Shown here one piece after another: positions 62,056 through 64,000 of a DNA stretch of 64,000 nucleotides. The notes under the pieces are model-generated. The model saw only the letters and a list, made by a program, of their open reading frames with translations. It had not been told where the DNA came from and made no database searches. Source of the stretch: Candidatus Dadabacteria bacterium (GTDB taxonomy: Bacteria; Desulfobacterota_D; UBA1144; Nemesobacterales; Nemesobacteraceae); assembly GCA_009837205.1 (NCBI GenBank), contig VXTZ01000026.1:7200-71199 (forward strand), given 5' to 3'. Numbering within the stretch: position 1 is the first letter of the stretch; each line of letters opens with the position of its first letter. A program made the translations under genes and the position numbers.

Positions 62056-63109
62056 CTACTCCTGGCTGTTGCTGCTGGCTGCTTTGCTTTGCTTAGCGGG
62101 GCTCATGAATCTCTACAGCGTCTCGCTGTTGGCCGGCTTGGGTGCATTCAAGAAACAACTCGTATGGGTTCTCGCGGGACTTTTGACTGTGGCGGTCATT
62201 AGTCGCTTAAGACCCCATACGCTGGAAGCCCACTCGGTTACTTTCTACCTGTTCTTCCTCGCGTTGCTGGGGCTACTTTTCGTATTCGGAAAAACGGTAT
62301 CGGGGTCTAGAAGCTGGTTCCAGATAGGTCCGGTCTCCGTTCAACCCTCCGAATTTATTAAAATCGGCATAATAATGGTGCTTGCCAATTACTACGCAAA
62401 CGATGTGGCCGCAAAGGAAAATTACAATTCGGTGGAACTCCTCAAGCCTCTGGCTCTTTTGCTTGTTCCCACCGCAGCAGTAATTGCCCAGCCCGACATG
62501 GGAACCGCAATTACCATTCTTCTCATAGGTTCAAGCATCATTTTGCTTATGGGAATCAGCAGAAAAGCACTGCTTAGAATAATAATCATAGCGATGATAT
62601 CCATCGTGCCGACCTGGCATCTTCTGATCAAGGACTACCAGAAGGAGAGAATATATTCCTTTATGGACACTTCCTCCGATCCTTTTGGTGTAAGCTACAA
62701 CTCGATTCAGTCCCAGGTTGCCATAGGTTCCGGCATGGGTTACGGAAAAGGTTTTTCTCTGGGTTCGCAGTCCAACTTGAATTTTCTTCCCGCACACCAT
62801 ACGGATTTCGCATTTTCGGTGATTTCCGAGGAATGGGGATTTCGGGGTTCAGTGTTTATACTTCTTCTGTATTTCTCCATAATTCTTTTTATTCTTAGAA
62901 TCGCAACATCCCTAGAAGACCGCTTTGCAATGATCGCATGCTTTGGAATTGCGGCCATGCTCTTCTGGCACGCCGTGATAAATATCGCTATGGTAACGGG
63001 ACTTATGCCGATCGTCGGTACTCCTCTTTTCTTTATCAGTTACGGCGGTTCCTCTACCCTCACTGCCTTCATCGGAATCGGTATAGTTCTTTGCCTGAGA
63101 AAAAAATAA
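62027..63109 (+). CDS. rodA: peptidoglycan glycosyltransferase RodA (SEDS family)
   Basis: FtsW/RodA/SpoVE polytopic pattern (QPSEFIKI, LPAHHTDFAF, PLFFISYGGSS), following mrdA. Confidence 0.9.
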   Translation: MKFELPYLSSYSWLLLLAALLCLAGLMNLYSVSLLAGLGAFKKQLVWVLAGLLTVAVISRLRPHTLEAHSVTFYLFFLALLGLLFVFGKTVSGSRSWFQIGPVSVQPSEFIKIGIIMVLANYYANDVAAKENYNSVELLKPLALLLVPTAAVIAQPDMGTAITILLIGSSIILLMGISRKALLRIIIIAMISIVPTWHLLIKDYQKERIYSFMDTSSDPFGVSYNSIQSQVAIGSGMGYGKGFSLGSQSNLNFLPAHHTDFAFSVISEEWGFRGSVFILLLYFSIILFILRIATSLEDRFAMIACFGIAAMLFWHAVINIAMVTGLMPIVGTPLFFISYGGSSTLTAFIGIGIVLCLRKK

Positions 63110-63279
63110 ACAGAGCCCGAAAACCCAAATAAGCGTAAAGAAAACGAATTCTTGACAGAGAATTAACATCAGATAGAATCTACGCCTATTTGAGGCGTGG
63201 GAAAGGGAAAATTCCTCTCCCCTGAGTCCTCCAAACAATTATTTTCATTTAAAAAAACAGCCAAAAAACGGCTCCTTTC

Positions 63280-64000
63280 ATGTGGAGGTTCTTCATTTTT
63301 CTCAGTGTTATGTATCTCTCAAGCACGGTTCCGGCTCTCTTCACATCGGACGTTCAGGCGCTTTCTAACGTAAACGACGTAGAAGAAATAGGTTTTGATG
63401 AGAAACTTGCGTCTTCCATAGATCTTGACACTGAATTTCGCGGGGAAAGCGGAGAAGCGGTAAGTATTTCCTCTTTTTTCGGGCAAAAAAAACCGGTGGT
63501 TCTGAGTCTCGCCTACTTCACATGCCCAAGACTCTGCCTTCTTGGGACAGACGGAGTTCTGGAAGCCATAAACCAGATGGATGCCTTCAGGCCGGGGAAG
63601 GACTACACCGTGGTGACCGTAAGCTTTGACCCGGAAGAACCCCTTGATGTTATCAGCGAGAAATCCGCAAGATACAAAAAAGCGCTTGCGGGCGGGGCTG
63701 AAGAGGCCAAAAACTGGCACTTTCTAACAGCGACTGCAGAAAACATACTGAGGCTTACCGATTCAGTGGGATTCCGTTTCAAAAAAGACGGCGAGGAGTT
63801 CGCCCACCCTTCGGGAATAGTCATACTCACGCCGGATGGGACAATCTCGCGATACCTCTACGGAGTTCAGTATGATCCCCGTAACTTCAAGTTATCTCTA
63901 ATAGAGGCTTCCGAGGGAAAGATAGGCTCCTCGGAACTGCTTAATAAAGTGCTTATGTTCTGTTATCAGTTTGACCCTGTGGGGAAAAGATATGCGCTTG
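63280..64000 (+). CDS. SCO1/SenC-family copper chaperone, 3' end outside window
   Basis: Not in the ORF track because it has no stop. My own translation from the ATG at 63280 gives MWRFFIFLSV...VVLSLAYFTCPRLC...FAHPSGIVILTPDG, a thioredoxin fold with CxxxC plus a conserved His. Confidence 0.75.
   Translation, partial: MWRFFIFLSVMYLSSTVPALFTSDVQALSNVNDVEEIGFDEKLASSIDLDTEFRGESGEAVSISSFFGQKKPVVLSLAYFTCPRLCLLGTDGVLEAINQMDAFRPGKDYTVVTVSFDPEEPLDVISEKSARYKKALAGGAEEAKNWHFLTATAENILRLTDSVGFRFKKDGEEFAHPSGIVILTPDGTISRYLYGVQYDPRNFKLSLIEASEGKIGSSELLNKVLMFCYQFDPVGKRYAL

Noticed and set aside
1-64000. CRISPR arrays, rRNA genes, transposases, toxin-antitoxin pairs and known defence-system signatures
   Set aside because: I saw no regularly spaced short repeats, no 16S/23S-like sequence, and no DDE/serine/tyrosine recombinase motifs. 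No nuclease/ATPase gene pairs typical of defence islands were seen either. Absence was judged by eye only.

Overview
About 70 protein genes and 7 tRNAs from a diderm bacterium, roughly 50% GC by hand-counted samples. Most of the window is compact housekeeping: clpS-clpA, murI, etfBA, rpiB, asd, dapA, rnhB, surE, purM, bioD, trpDC, nusB, ribH, ribBA, trpS, mnmA, mtaB, manC, trxB and mreBCD-mrdA-rodA. A complete six-gene Alternative Complex III operon (actABCDEF, 22994..30148, minus strand) is the largest functional block. Three accessory regions stand out. (1) 20.4-22.3 kb holds a four-gene operon: an exported Met/Asp/Cys-rich peptide, a putative outer-membrane barrel, an exported His-rich HMA protein and a MerT/MerC-like CC-motif membrane protein. 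No merA or merR occurs anywhere in the window. (2) 38.8-43.0 kb is a GC-richer metal-uptake block. A ~0.5 kb direct repeat duplicates a whole expression cassette (TTGACA promoter, Fur/Zur-type palindrome, 94-aa CxxC ORF, hairpin, RBS and an identical 27-codon signal peptide). One copy precedes a porin-like protein with an (HMDDHDDD)n loop, and the other precedes a ZnuA-like binding protein followed by ZnuB. No znuC is present. (3) Two AT-richer islets abut tRNA genes: a flavoprotein with a Cys-rich tail next to tRNA-Arg, and an orphan, apparently frameshifted CzcC/TolC-like gene next to tRNA-Ser. Other observations are a lipoprotein gene split at a G9 tract, a diverged bcp duplication in a three-peroxiredoxin cluster, and a GC-rich orphan family-5 binding protein. 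There are also Bacteroidota-type genes (GldC-like, DUF4301-like) and several candidate operators and promoters. I saw no CRISPR array, transposase, integrase, rRNA or recognisable defence system. All functional calls rest on motif recognition by eye, and none was checked against a database.
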